DNA of 64,000 bases from Longimicrobiales bacterium (GCA_965116905.1 OZ220732.1:2720001-2784000), one strand, 5' to 3'. Shown: positions 26,841-36,170, counted from the stretch's first letter. Numbers and translations: made by a program. The notes: a model not told the origin generated them from the letters alone.

Positions 26841-28376
26841 TTGAAGAGAGAAATCCTGATCAGCACCTCGGACGAAGAGTCCTGGGTGGCGATCACAGAA
26901 GACGGCACACTTGCCGAACTCATGTTCGACCGGCCGGATCAGGGCCGGCTTGTCGGTGACATATTCCTCGGCCGTGTCGAGTCGGTACTGCCCGGCATTC
27001 AGGCCGCGTTTGTAGACATCGGCGAAGGAAAGGCGGGGTTTCTGCACGCGGCAGACCTCGCAAGACGCTCCGAAAACGGCGAATCCGATGACGGAGGGGG
27101 GCGCCGGCCACGCGGGCGCGACCGCAGTGCACCTCCGATCCAGGAGGTCCTGAAGAGGGGCCAGAAGATCCTGGTGAAGGTGACCAAGGAGGCGATCTCG
27201 ACGAAGGGGCCAAGGGTCACGACCGAGATATCGCTCCCCGGCCGTTTCCTTGTATACATGCCCGATACCGACCATGTGGGAGTGAGCCGGAAGATCGGAC
27301 ACCGACGTGAACGCGCCCGACTGCGCAGCATGGCCAAGGCGGTTGTGGAGGACGGTTCCGGCGGCGTGATCGTGCGTACCGCGGGCGAAGAACTGACGCC
27401 CGGGCGCCTGGAGAGCGAGTATCGCCATCTGCGCAAGCAGTGGCGCTCGATCCGCAAGAAGGCGGACAGGTCCGAGGCCCCCGCGCTGGTCCACGCCGAG
27501 GCGAAGCTGATCTCCGGAGTGATCCGGGACCTCTTCACCAACCGCTTCGACGGCGTCACGGTCGATGACCGGGACGTCCACCGGCAGATCGTCCAATACG
27601 TCCGGACCTTCGATCCCGATCTGCTCGATCGGGTCCACTACTATGCCGAGGAAGAGCCCCTGTTCGATCACGCCGGGATAGAGACGGACATTCAACGAGC
27701 CTTCGAGAGCAAGGTCGATCTCCCGTCCGGCGGGCACGTGATCATCGAACAGACCGAAGCGCTGGTGTCCGTGGACGTCAATACCGGGCGTTTCACCGGC
27801 AAGAAGAAGGACCCCGAGCAGACGATTCTGAAGACCAACCTGGACGCCGCCCGCGAGATCGCGGCGCAGCTCCGGCTGCGCGACATCGGCGGCATCATCG
27901 TCATCGACTTCATCGACATGGAGTCGCAGGAGAACCGGGACAGAGTCCTGCACGAACTGCGAACCTGTCTGGGCCGGGATCGGGCGCGCACGCGCACATG
28001 GGAGGTATCGGACCTCGGGTTGATCGAGATGACCCGGCAGCGCGTCCGTCCTTCGCTGCTGCAGTCGCTCACCGAACCCTGCGCCGCGTGCGACGGTAGC
28101 GGGCACGTGTGGACACCCACAACGATCGTCAGGGAGATCGAGCGCTGCGTGAGAAGGGCCGCTGCGGCCGGGGAGACGCAGGACATCCTGGTGCGGGTCC
28201 ATCCGGAGGTCGCGCTGCAGGTCATGGAATCCGAACCGCAGTTCCTGCGCAAGCTCAAGCGTCGGACCCGGCTGCGCCTGGATCTGCGGGACGATCCGCT
28301 CATGCGCCATGACGAGTTCCGGCTTCTGGCGGGGCGTGCCCGATCGGATGTGACGGCCAAGTACCGGGCGGCCTAG
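26841..28376 (+). CDS. rng: Rne/Rng family ribonuclease (RNase G-like)
   Basis: S1 domain (PGIQAAFVDIG), DVNTG, LRLRDIGGIIVIDFIDM, C-x-x-C Zn link; TTG start inferred. Confidence 0.92.
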   Translation: MKREILISTSDEESWVAITEDGTLAELMFDRPDQGRLVGDIFLGRVESVLPGIQAAFVDIGEGKAGFLHAADLARRSENGESDDGGGRRPRGRDRSAPPIQEVLKRGQKILVKVTKEAISTKGPRVTTEISLPGRFLVYMPDTDHVGVSRKIGHRRERARLRSMAKAVVEDGSGGVIVRTAGEELTPGRLESEYRHLRKQWRSIRKKADRSEAPALVHAEAKLISGVIRDLFTNRFDGVTVDDRDVHRQIVQYVRTFDPDLLDRVHYYAEEEPLFDHAGIETDIQRAFESKVDLPSGGHVIIEQTEALVSVDVNTGRFTGKKKDPEQTILKTNLDAAREIAAQLRLRDIGGIIVIDFIDMESQENRDRVLHELRTCLGRDRARTRTWEVSDLGLIEMTRQRVRPSLLQSLTEPCAACDGSGHVWTPTTIVREIERCVRRAAAAGETQDILVRVHPEVALQVMESEPQFLRKLKRRTRLRLDLRDDPLMRHDEFRLLAGRARSDVTAKYRAA

Positions 28377-28426
28377 GCCGGTTTCCCGGAGGTTGACCTT
28401 GGGCTCCGTGTAGATGACCTTTACAG

Positions 28427-28450
28427 GCTGCCCAGCGTCTGCCGGGCAGC
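28427..28450 (+). promoter_or_regulatory. Hairpin in the rplU leader (GCTGCCC...GGGCAGC), downstream of a TTGACC -35-like box
   Basis: 7-bp inverted repeat; TTGACC at 28393-28398. Confidence 0.3.
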
Positions 28451-28484
28451 GACTCGTCAGTAGACACCAACGATGGACGCGCAA

Positions 28485-28805
28485 ATGTTCGCTGTATTCA
28501 GGACGGGCGGGAAGCAGTTTCGTGCCGAGCCGGGTGCGACCCTGCTGATCCCCACGCTGGACGCGGAGCCGGGGACCACCGTCACCTTCGAGGAGGTGCT
28601 GTTGGCGTCCGAGGGGGGCGAGGGCGGAGAGGTCTCGGTGGGGGCGCCCGTGCTGGAAGGCGCCAAGGTAACGGCAGAGGTGGTGGCGCACGACCGGACG
28701 AAGAAGATCACGGTGTTCAAGCGCAAGCGGCGCAAGGGCTACCGGCGCAAGCAGGGACACCGGCAGGGCTTCACCGTGGTACGCGTCGCCGATATCGCCG
28801 TCTAG
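28485..28805 (+). CDS. rplU: 50S ribosomal protein L21
   Basis: [28 protein letters not shown]. Confidence 0.97.
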   Translation: MFAVFRTGGKQFRAEPGATLLIPTLDAEPGTTVTFEEVLLASEGGEGGEVSVGAPVLEGAKVTAEVVAHDRTKKITVFKRKRRKGYRRKQGHRQGFTVVRVADIAV

Positions 28806-28816
28806 GAGGGATCCAA

Positions 28817-29074
28817 ATGGCTCATAAGAAAGGTGTCGGGTCGTCCCGGAACGGACGCGACAGCAACCCAAAACGTTTGGGCGTAAAGCGTTATGCAGGT
28901 GAGCGCGTGTTGGCCGGCAACATCCTGGTTCGCCAGCGCGGGACGCGTTTCCACCCGGGCAACAACGTGGGGAGAGGTCGGGACGATACCCTGTTCGCCA
29001 AGGCCGACGGTGTCGTGAAGTTCGAGAATCTCCGTCGGCGCCGGGTCGTTTCGGTCTACGACCAGGCCGGCTAG
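28817..29074 (+). CDS. rpmA: 50S ribosomal protein L27
   Basis: [29 protein letters not shown]. Confidence 0.98.
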   Translation: MAHKKGVGSSRNGRDSNPKRLGVKRYAGERVLAGNILVRQRGTRFHPGNNVGRGRDDTLFAKADGVVKFENLRRRRVVSVYDQAG

Positions 29075-29150
29075 GGGGCGATCGGCGGGCCCGTTTCGGG
29101 CTGTCGCGCGCAGGAGTATTCCGCTCGCGGAAGTGCCGATTCTCCACCCC

Positions 29151-29192
29151 GAAAAGAAAAAGCTTGCGCTTTTCCAATTCATGTATTAAAGT
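29151..29192 (+). promoter_or_regulatory. Sigma70-like promoter TTGCGC-N17-TAAAGT with upstream A-tract (UP-element-like)
   Basis: GAAAAGAAAAA at 29151-29161, -35 at 29164-29169, -10 at 29187-29192; AT-rich patch in GC-rich DNA. Confidence 0.55.
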
Positions 29193-29196
29193 GGTT

Positions 29197-29566
29197 TCCC
29201 CGAGGCGGAAGAGACGGACCGCAAGGAACGGAGCTGAAGCACCGGGGAGGGCCTCGAAAAGGCCGTCGCAGGGGGGAAACCCCCGGCAGATGGAACCGGG
29301 CGAGGTCCTAGGCGCCGAGAACGCCGGTGACGGGGTTCGAGGCGAGCGCGGTCTCTGGTTCGGCGGAGATTGCGACGGCTGCAGGGTCGCTGGAAGCAGC
29401 CGAAGTCCCTGGGAACGGGGGACGGCCTGGACGGCGGGAACGCCGGAAGGGTGAAGAGACGGAGAACCGGCCGTCGCACATGACGGCGCCGGAACGGAAC
29501 TCTCTGGACTCGCCAGCGAACGAAGCCCCCGAGCGGGTAGTGTGCTGCCCGCCGGGGGCTTCCTTT
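29197..29566 (+). ncRNA. Putative ~370-nt structured non-coding RNA of unrecognised class
   Basis: Bounded by a promoter and a terminator; many hairpins, four with GNRA loops on the + strand; no credible ORF. Confidence 0.55.
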
Positions 29567-29569
29567 ATT
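29522..29569 (+). terminator. Intrinsic terminator
   Basis: GAAGCCCCCG-A-GCGGGTAG-tgtg-CTGCCCGC-CGGGGGCTTC followed by CTTTATT. Confidence 0.75.
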
Positions 29570-29586
29570 CGGCTGGGTCGTCCCGT

Positions 29587-29976
29587 TTATTCGCCAGGGT
29601 CGTCCGAAGCAGGGTCGTCCGAAGCAGGGTCGTCCAGGGCAGCGTCCTCCGAGGTGAACTGCCGGGTTCGCGCCGATGCGATGACCTTCCAGATCAGATC
29701 GCGCACCAGTTCCTCGTCCAGGCCCGAGTCACGCGCCAGAACGGCGGCCCTCCTCACCACCGCCGCCTCTCGTTGCGGATCGGTGACGGGTAGCCCCAGG
29801 CGCTTCTTGAACTCTCCGATCCGGATCACGAGATCACGGCGCCGGGCCAGGATCTCGACCAGCCGTTGATCACATTCGAGTACGGCATCGCGCAACCGCG
29901 CCATGTCGTCGCTCCAGGCCCGGGCACGCTCACCGCGGGCAGCGCCCTGCTCCGAACGGGCGTCTTCGCTAGGCAT
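29587..29976 (-). CDS. Chorismate mutase type II (AroQ-like)
   Basis: RLRDAVLECDQRLVEILARR...IGEFKK...VTDPQRE; start could be at the later MARLR. Confidence 0.85.
   Translation of the reverse strand: MPSEDARSEQGAARGERARAWSDDMARLRDAVLECDQRLVEILARRRDLVIRIGEFKKRLGLPVTDPQREAAVVRRAAVLARDSGLDEELVRDLIWKVIASARTRQFTSEDAALDDPASDDPASDDPGE
29595..29635 (+). repeat. 15-bp tandem repeat CAGGGTCGTCCGAAG x2.7 (DDPAS tail of chorismate mutase)
   Basis: Read directly from the sequence. Confidence 0.9.
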
Positions 29977-31432
29977 TCACATACCGATCGACGTGATCCG
30001 CGTCCTGTGCCTTGCCGAGCAAACTCACGACCAGGAGGACGGGTACGTGGACCACCAGCCCCAGGATGCCCTCGTGCATCCCGAACGGCTTGAGTTCCGG
30101 GAACCGGAAGAAGAACACCGAAACGGCCGAGCCGGCCACCAGCCCCCATACGACACCGGCGGTGGTGGCTCTTCTCCAATACATCGCTGACAGCAGCGCG
30201 GGCATGAACTGCCCGATGATCCCGTAGGAAGCGAGCAGGAGGTCCACGAGCGAGAACCTCTCCACCAGCGCGAAGAGGTAGGCCAGGGCTCCGACCGCCA
30301 CGACCAGCACTCGCATCAGCAGTCGCTGCGCCCGATCCGTGAGCCGTGTGAAGGGCTGTACGCCGTCCTGGACGGCGACCGACGCGGCGCCGTGAAGCAG
30401 GGCGTCGCCGGTGGACATGGAGGCGGACAGCGCCCCCGCGCAGAACAGGCCGACCACCAATGCCGGCAGATCGGAGCGCAGGATCAGGAAGGGCAGGATG
30501 AAGTCGGACTGCTCGGGAGACTCCGGGAACATCACGCCGGCGAACCCGATCAGGAAGACGGGAATGAGGAACAGCTGAAACGTGGGAAACAGGATCACGG
30601 TGCGCCGAATCGTCGCATCGCTCCGGGCCGTGAAGGCCTTCATGAACAGGTGCGGCCACATGGTCAGCCCGATCGCGCTCGCGAGGATCGCGGTGGAGTA
30701 CGCTCCCCAGCTCCATGGCTCGCCGCTGCCGTCCAACCCGGGCAGGGACAGCAGCTCCGGGCGGTTGGCGAGGATCTGTTCGAACATCGGACCCACGCCG
30801 CCGTAGAGCCGGTTCGGGAGATAGATGCCGAGTGCCCAGGCGATGCCAACCATGAAGACGCCCTGGAAGGTGTTCGTCCACCCGACCGCGGACACGCCGC
30901 TGGTCAGCACGTAGAGGAGGACGATTCCGTAGGCTACGGCGGCGCCCGCCGCGAGAGGCACCCTGCCGTCGGTCACCGCCTCGATCACAATTCCGGCGCC
31001 GCGCATCTGGATGGTGACGTACGGAATGAACGCCGCCAGGGTGAGGAGCGCCATGACCGCCGACAGGGCGCGCGACGGAAAGCGGCCCACGAGCAGCTGC
31101 GCCTGGGTGACGAATCCGAAGCGCCGTCCCAGCGCGGCGGCCTTGGGGCCCATCGCGTACCAGGGGGCCATGCCCAGCACGCCGTAGGTCAGGATGTAGA
31201 ACGCGGCCGCGCCACGAGAGTAGGCCCACCCCGGGCCTCCCAGAAAGGCGAAGGCGGAGAAGACGGTGGCGCCCGTGATGAAGTACATGACGAGGAGGCC
31301 GAAGTCCCGGTCGCCGGCGACAAAGCCCTGGACGCTCCGGGACGCCCGCCTGCCCGCGACGACCCCCACACCAAGCGTCACCGCCAGGTACGCAAAGATG
31401 ATGAAGGTGATGATGCTCGACTTGTCCATCAC
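29969..31432 (-). CDS. Sodium:solute symporter family transporter
   Basis: ATVFSAFAFLGGPG, GVSAVGWTNTFQG, AGALSASMST; about 13 TM segments. Confidence 0.92.
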   Translation of the reverse strand: MMDKSSIITFIIFAYLAVTLGVGVVAGRRASRSVQGFVAGDRDFGLLVMYFITGATVFSAFAFLGGPGWAYSRGAAAFYILTYGVLGMAPWYAMGPKAAALGRRFGFVTQAQLLVGRFPSRALSAVMALLTLAAFIPYVTIQMRGAGIVIEAVTDGRVPLAAGAAVAYGIVLLYVLTSGVSAVGWTNTFQGVFMVGIAWALGIYLPNRLYGGVGPMFEQILANRPELLSLPGLDGSGEPWSWGAYSTAILASAIGLTMWPHLFMKAFTARSDATIRRTVILFPTFQLFLIPVFLIGFAGVMFPESPEQSDFILPFLILRSDLPALVVGLFCAGALSASMSTGDALLHGAASVAVQDGVQPFTRLTDRAQRLLMRVLVVAVGALAYLFALVERFSLVDLLLASYGIIGQFMPALLSAMYWRRATTAGVVWGLVAGSAVSVFFFRFPELKPFGMHEGILGLVVHVPVLLVVSLLGKAQDADHVDRYVNA

Positions 31433-31641
31433 GCGTCATCCGTCCGCGCTCGCGCCGCGTCGAGCCGCCAGAGCACGAAGAGGCTTCCGAGCACCCACAA
31501 TGCGGCCCAGGCCATCTGGCGCGGCAGGCCCAGCACGAACGGATCGGGAGTGTTGACGAGTGCCTGCACCGGCCAGGTGACGGCGCCAGCGAAGGCGATG
31601 TGGTAGATCCAGACGATGCGTTGCCAGTGGCGCAGGGTCAT
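31429..31641 (-). CDS. Small membrane partner of SSS transporter (DUF3311/DUF485-like)
   Basis: 70 aa, two TM segments, P-F-V-L-G-L-P motif; stop overlaps the SSS start. Confidence 0.7.
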   Translation of the reverse strand: MTLRHWQRIVWIYHIAFAGAVTWPVQALVNTPDPFVLGLPRQMAWAALWVLGSLFVLWRLDAARARTDDA

Positions 31642-31661
31642 TTGAGGAAGCGTCTCCGGCT

Positions 31662-31765
31662 GATGCGGTCGTGCTCGCAAAGCGATGCGATCGGGCTCGC
31701 GAAGCGATGCGGTCGGGCTCGCGAGCTGATGTGGTCGGGCTCGAGCCGGTGCGGTCGGGCTCGCG
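31662..31765 (+). repeat. Imperfect ~22-bp tandem repeat x5 (consensus GATGCGGTCGGGCTCGCGAAGC), intergenic
   Basis: Five adjacent degenerate copies with no spacers. Confidence 0.85.
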
Positions 31766-31820
31766 TGCCCAGCCACCGATTCTATCGCGGCGGTGACGCC
31801 GGGGCGAGGGGCCACGCGGT

Positions 31821-32597
31821 CTATCCGGAGAATCTGGCCCGGCGCTTTTCCACGAAGGCCTTGACTCCCTCGCGTCCGTCCGCCGACCCGAAAGCCTCGA
31901 GGAACAGCTCCTTCTCGGCCGCGAGGCCATCCGACAGGTGACGCTCACCGGCTTCGCGCACCGCCTTCTTGACCAGCTGGAGCGTTACCGGGCTCCAGCG
32001 GGCCATCCGGGCGGCGATACGGCGGGCTTCGGCAAGGTGCTGCCCTTCGGCAACGAGAAACTCCACCAGCCCGATCCGGTGGGCCTCCTCTGCGTCCACA
32101 AAGTCGCCGCACAGGCCAATCCTCATGGCCTGTCCGGGCCCCACCAGCCGCGCCAGCCTCTGGGTGCCGCCCGCGCCGGGGATCAGCCCGAGGCGAACCT
32201 CGAACTGCCCGAAGCGGGCCGTCGTGTCGGCGACCCTCAGGTCGCATGCCAGGGCGAGTTCGTTGCCGCCCCCCAGGCAGAAGCCGTGGACGGCGCAGAT
32301 CACCGGTTTCGGGAACTCGGCGAGTGCGTCGTAGACCCGCCGCTTCCCGTAGACCTCACGCTGCTCGTCCGGCGTGCGGGCGGCGAACTCGCTCACGTCC
32401 GCGCCGGCGACGAACGCCTTGTCCCCGGCTCCGCTCAGAATCGCGACCTTGGCGTCGTCGCGGTCGGCGATGGCATCGAACACTTCGGTCAGCTCCCGCC
32501 GGACGGCTTCGTTCAGCGCATTCAGCTTCCGGGGCCGGTTGATCGTGACCTCGGCGATCCCACCGTCGACGGAGAGCACGACGTGTGCGTGGTTCAT
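31821..32597 (-). CDS. Enoyl-CoA hydratase (PaaF/crotonase-like)
   Basis: INRPRKLNAL, AFVAGADV, LGGGNEL, GLIPGAGGTQRL. Confidence 0.9.
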   Translation of the reverse strand: MNHAHVVLSVDGGIAEVTINRPRKLNALNEAVRRELTEVFDAIADRDDAKVAILSGAGDKAFVAGADVSEFAARTPDEQREVYGKRRVYDALAEFPKPVICAVHGFCLGGGNELALACDLRVADTTARFGQFEVRLGLIPGAGGTQRLARLVGPGQAMRIGLCGDFVDAEEAHRIGLVEFLVAEGQHLAEARRIAARMARWSPVTLQLVKKAVREAGERHLSDGLAAEKELFLEAFGSADGREGVKAFVEKRRARFSG

Positions 32598-32613
32598 GCG
32601 GCGCTCCGGTCCC

Positions 32614-33486
32614 TCATCGTTCGGTGTCCCAGTCGTAGAATCCCTTTCCCGTCTTCCTTCCCAGCCTGCCCTCGGCCACCATCCGCTCGAGCAGGGCGGG
32701 CGGCCGGAACGCCTCGGAGCGCAGGGTCTCATGGAGGTAGCGGGCGATCCCGAGTCGCACGTCCAGTCCCACGAGGTCGGTCAGCCGCAGCGGACCCATC
32801 GGATGGCGGTAGCCGAGGACCATCGCCTTGTCGATGTCGGCCGGGGACGCGACTCCGGCTTCGACCATGCGCATGGCCTCGAGTCCCAGGACCACGCCCA
32901 GCCGCGACGATGCGAACCCCGGCGAATCTGCCACGACAATCGGCTCCTTCCCCAGTCCGTTCGCGAACGCAACACAGCGATCCACGACGGCGGCCTCGGT
33001 GTCGTCGCCCCGCACCACTTCGACGAGCGCCATGATGTGCACCGGGTTGAAGAAATGGAGCCCGAGGAAGCGCCCCGGGGAAGGCAGCCCGGCACCGATC
33101 CCGGTCACCGACAGGGAGGAGGTGTTGCTGGCCAGGATCACCTCGCCGGACACGGCCTCGGCCACCTCGCGGAATATCGTCCGCTTCAGCTCGATCACCT
33201 CCGGCACGGCTTCGATCACCAGGTCGGCGCCCTCGACCGCCTCGCCCAGCTCCACGGCTCCGGACAGGCGCTTCCAGGCTGCGTCGCGGCTGGCCCCCGC
33301 CACCTTGCCCAGGCGCACGCCCTTGTCCAGGGTTTTCGCGATCCGGGCCAGGGCGCGCTCGAGCTGCCCGGGGTCGACATCCTGGAGCACGGTCTCGTGG
33401 CCCGCCAGCGCGCAGACCTGTGCGATGCCGTGCCCCATGGCGCCGGCCCCGATGACCGCCACCCTCCCGATCCCGTGATCGGACAT
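32614..33486 (-). CDS. 3-hydroxyacyl-CoA dehydrogenase (PaaH-like)
   Basis: GAGAMGHGIA, EAVPE, SNTSSL, GLHFFNP, HPMGP. Confidence 0.92.
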   Translation of the reverse strand: MSDHGIGRVAVIGAGAMGHGIAQVCALAGHETVLQDVDPGQLERALARIAKTLDKGVRLGKVAGASRDAAWKRLSGAVELGEAVEGADLVIEAVPEVIELKRTIFREVAEAVSGEVILASNTSSLSVTGIGAGLPSPGRFLGLHFFNPVHIMALVEVVRGDDTEAAVVDRCVAFANGLGKEPIVVADSPGFASSRLGVVLGLEAMRMVEAGVASPADIDKAMVLGYRHPMGPLRLTDLVGLDVRLGIARYLHETLRSEAFRPPALLERMVAEGRLGRKTGKGFYDWDTER

Positions 33487-34682
33487 CAGTTCCGTTCCAC
33501 CACGGCCGCGATCCCCTGGCCGACGCCGATGCACATCGTGGCCAGCCCCAACTGCGCGTCGCGGCGGACCATCTCGTGAACCAGCGTGGTCAGGATGCGG
33601 GCTCCCGAGCACCCGACCGGGTGGCCCAGGGCGATGGCCCCGCCGTTCACGTTGACCATGCCGGGGTCGAGGTCGAGCTCCCGCATGCACGGGATCGCCT
33701 GGGCCGCAAACGCCTCGTTCAGCTCCGCGAGGTCGAGGTCCCGCGCCGAGGCACCCACCCTCTCGAGGCACCGGCGCGTCGCGGGGACCGGGCCGATGCC
33801 CATCCTGTGAGGTGCGACGCCCGCCACGGCGGCCCCGCGCACGACCGCCATGGGCCGCAGCCCCCGAGCGCGCGCGGCCTCGCCCTCGACGACCAGCATC
33901 GCGGCCGCCCCGTCGTTGATCCCGGACGAGTTCCCCGCGGTGACGGTGCCGTCCCGCTCGAATACGGGACGCAGCCGCGACAGGGCCTCGGCGGTGGTCC
34001 CCGGCCGGGGGTGCTCGTCGCGGTCCAGGACGATGGGGTCTCCCCTCCGCCGTGGCACCGTGACCGGCACGATCTCGGGCTCGAGGCGGCCTGCCTCGAT
34101 CGCGGCCGCAGCACTGGCTTGGCTGTTCGCGGCGAACGCGTCCTGCTCCGCGCGGCTCACGCCGAACTCGCGCGCGACCACCTCTGCCGTCCGTCCGAGT
34201 CCGATCGTCCATTCGTCGGGCAGGCGGGGGTTGGCGAAGCGCCACCCCAGCACCGTATCGGCCACCTCCGGCACGCCTCGGGTGTAGCCGCGCTCCGGCT
34301 TCAGCATCACAAAGGGGGCCCGGCTCATGGACTCGACGCCGCCGGCGATGAACGCGTCACCTTCGCCCGCCCGAATCGCGTGGAAGGCGCTGACCACCGC
34401 CTGCAGTCCCGACCCGCAGAGGCGATTCACCGTCTGGCCCGGGACCTCGACGGGCAGGCCGGCGCGCAGGAGGGCCATGCGGGCGACGTTGCGGTTGTCT
34501 TCGCCGGCCTGGTTGGTGCATCCGAAGACCACGTCGGCGAGCTCCGAGGCAGGGAAGCCCGTGCGGTCGAGCAGGGCCTGGATGGTCGTCGCGGCCAGGT
34601 CGTCGGGACGGACGGGCGCGAGCGTGCCCCCGTGCCGGCCGATCGGCGTGCGAACCGCGTCGATGATCCATGCCTCGCGCAT
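33486..34682 (-). CDS. Thiolase (3-oxoadipyl-CoA thiolase PcaF/PaaJ-like)
   Basis: RPDDLAA, NQAGEDNRNVAR, NRLCGSG, NEAFAAQ, GHPVG, MCIGVGQG. Confidence 0.92.
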   Translation of the reverse strand: MREAWIIDAVRTPIGRHGGTLAPVRPDDLAATTIQALLDRTGFPASELADVVFGCTNQAGEDNRNVARMALLRAGLPVEVPGQTVNRLCGSGLQAVVSAFHAIRAGEGDAFIAGGVESMSRAPFVMLKPERGYTRGVPEVADTVLGWRFANPRLPDEWTIGLGRTAEVVAREFGVSRAEQDAFAANSQASAAAAIEAGRLEPEIVPVTVPRRRGDPIVLDRDEHPRPGTTAEALSRLRPVFERDGTVTAGNSSGINDGAAAMLVVEGEAARARGLRPMAVVRGAAVAGVAPHRMGIGPVPATRRCLERVGASARDLDLAELNEAFAAQAIPCMRELDLDPGMVNVNGGAIALGHPVGCSGARILTTLVHEMVRRDAQLGLATMCIGVGQGIAAVVERN

Positions 34683-34691
34683 GCCGGTCGA

Positions 34692-36164
34692 CTATCCGTC
34701 CAGCGCCACCCAGACGCTCTTGAGGTGGGTGTACTTCTCGAGTGCGGAATGGAAGCCGAGGTCGCGCCCGAAGCCGCTCTGCTTGTATCCCCCGAACGGC
34801 GACGCGGGCGAGTACTGGTTGTACGTGTTGACCCAGACCGTGCCGGCATCGATGGCTCCGGCAAGCCGATGGGCCTTGCCGATGTCACGGGTCCACACCC
34901 CCGCCGCGAGCCCGTACAGCGAGTCGTTGGCCTTCCGGACGGCGTCGTCGACGTCGTCGAAGGGGATGACCGCGGCCACCGGGCCGAAGATCTCCTCGCG
35001 CGCGATCGACATCTCGGGGTCCACGTCGCGGAACACGGTGGCGTTCACGAAGTGGCCGCGGCCGTTGACCGTTGCCCGCTCACCCCCCGCGACCAGGCAG
35101 GCGCCGTCCCGCTTGCCCGCCTCGATGTACCCCATGACACGGTCCAGCTGCGCCTCGCTCACAATGGCCCCGAGGCGCGTTGACGAGTCCATCGGGTCGC
35201 CCACGGTGGCCCGCGCGGCGCCCGCCTGAAGCCCGGCCACGAATTCGTCGTGGATCCGCGACTCGACGAGGATGCGGCTGCCCGCGGCGCAAACCTCGCC
35301 CTTGCCGTAGAAGATCCCTGACGAAGCGCCCTTGAGCGCGCCGCGGAGGTCGGCGTCCGCGAAGACGATGTTGGGAGACTTCCCGCCCAGCTCGAGCGAG
35401 ACCTTCTTCAGCGTGTCCGCGGCCTCGCGCATGATGATCTTGCCGACCTCGGTCGATCCGGTGAACGAAATCGCGTCCACGCCCGGGTGCCGCACGAGGG
35501 CCGCGCCCGCGGTCTCTCCGAACCCTGGCACGACGTTGAGCACGCCCGCGGGCAACCCGGCTTCGGCCGCCAGCTCCCCGAGACGCAACGCGGTCAGCGG
35601 GGTCTCCTCGGCGGGTTTCAGAACCACGGTGTTTCCGCACGCCAGCGCCGGAGCGACCTTCCAGGCCGCCATCGACAGGGGGAAGTTCCACGGGATGATC
35701 GCCCCCACCACGCCGATGGGTTCCCGCAGCGTGTAGTTGAGGAACGGTCCCGGCACAGGCACGGTGTCCCCCTGCACCTTGTCGGCGAGGCCCGCGTAGT
35801 AGCGCAGGGTCTGGGCGACGCTCGGGATATCGATCCGGCGAGCCTCGAAGTAGGGCTTGCCGTTGTCCCGCGTTTCCAGCAACCCGAGTTCGTCCGCGTT
35901 CGCGTCCACGAGATCGGCGAGCTTCCACAGCAGCCGTGAGCGCTTGTGCGGGTTCATGCGGCGCCACCTGCCGTCCGCGAATGCCGCGCGGGCCGCCTGG
36001 ACGGCACGATCGATGTCTTCCGCACGGGCTTCCGCCACGTCCGCGATGACCCGCTCGGTGGCCGGGTTGATCGTGGCGAATGTGCCGCCCCCCTGCGCGT
36101 CGACCCACTCGTTGCCGATCCAGAGCCGTGTGCGGATCCCCTCTGCCGTGTGCGTTGCGGACAC
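34692..36164 (-). CDS. Aldehyde dehydrogenase
   Basis: IIPWNFP, KPAE, FTGSTEVG, LELGGKSP, GEVCAAG, EEIFGPV. Confidence 0.94.
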   Translation of the reverse strand: MSATHTAEGIRTRLWIGNEWVDAQGGGTFATINPATERVIADVAEARAEDIDRAVQAARAAFADGRWRRMNPHKRSRLLWKLADLVDANADELGLLETRDNGKPYFEARRIDIPSVAQTLRYYAGLADKVQGDTVPVPGPFLNYTLREPIGVVGAIIPWNFPLSMAAWKVAPALACGNTVVLKPAEETPLTALRLGELAAEAGLPAGVLNVVPGFGETAGAALVRHPGVDAISFTGSTEVGKIIMREAADTLKKVSLELGGKSPNIVFADADLRGALKGASSGIFYGKGEVCAAGSRILVESRIHDEFVAGLQAGAARATVGDPMDSSTRLGAIVSEAQLDRVMGYIEAGKRDGACLVAGGERATVNGRGHFVNATVFRDVDPEMSIAREEIFGPVAAVIPFDDVDDAVRKANDSLYGLAAGVWTRDIGKAHRLAGAIDAGTVWVNTYNQYSPASPFGGYKQSGFGRDLGFHSALEKYTHLKSVWVALDG

Positions 36165-36170
36165 CGGACG

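Noticed and set aside
29376..29402. CAGG...GGAAGCAGCC resembles the SRP RNA domain IV
   Set aside because: It lacks the CC-GNRA-GG capped stem and the long flanking helix; the bases pair differently (CGGCTGC/GCAGCCG)
29197..29566. tmRNA, RNase P or T-box identity for the putative ncRNA
   Set aside because: No tRNA-like ends or tag ORF, and no GAGGAAAGTCC on either strand (only a short GGAAGGGTGAA resemblance). No downstream co-oriented gene exists for a riboswitch
29327..29869. 180-aa + strand ORF across the ncRNA region
   Set aside because: It runs through the terminator and antisense to chorismate mutase, with no RBS or recognisable motifs
31662..31765. Possible CRISPR array
   Set aside because: Repeats are adjacent and degenerate with no spacers; no cas genes in the window
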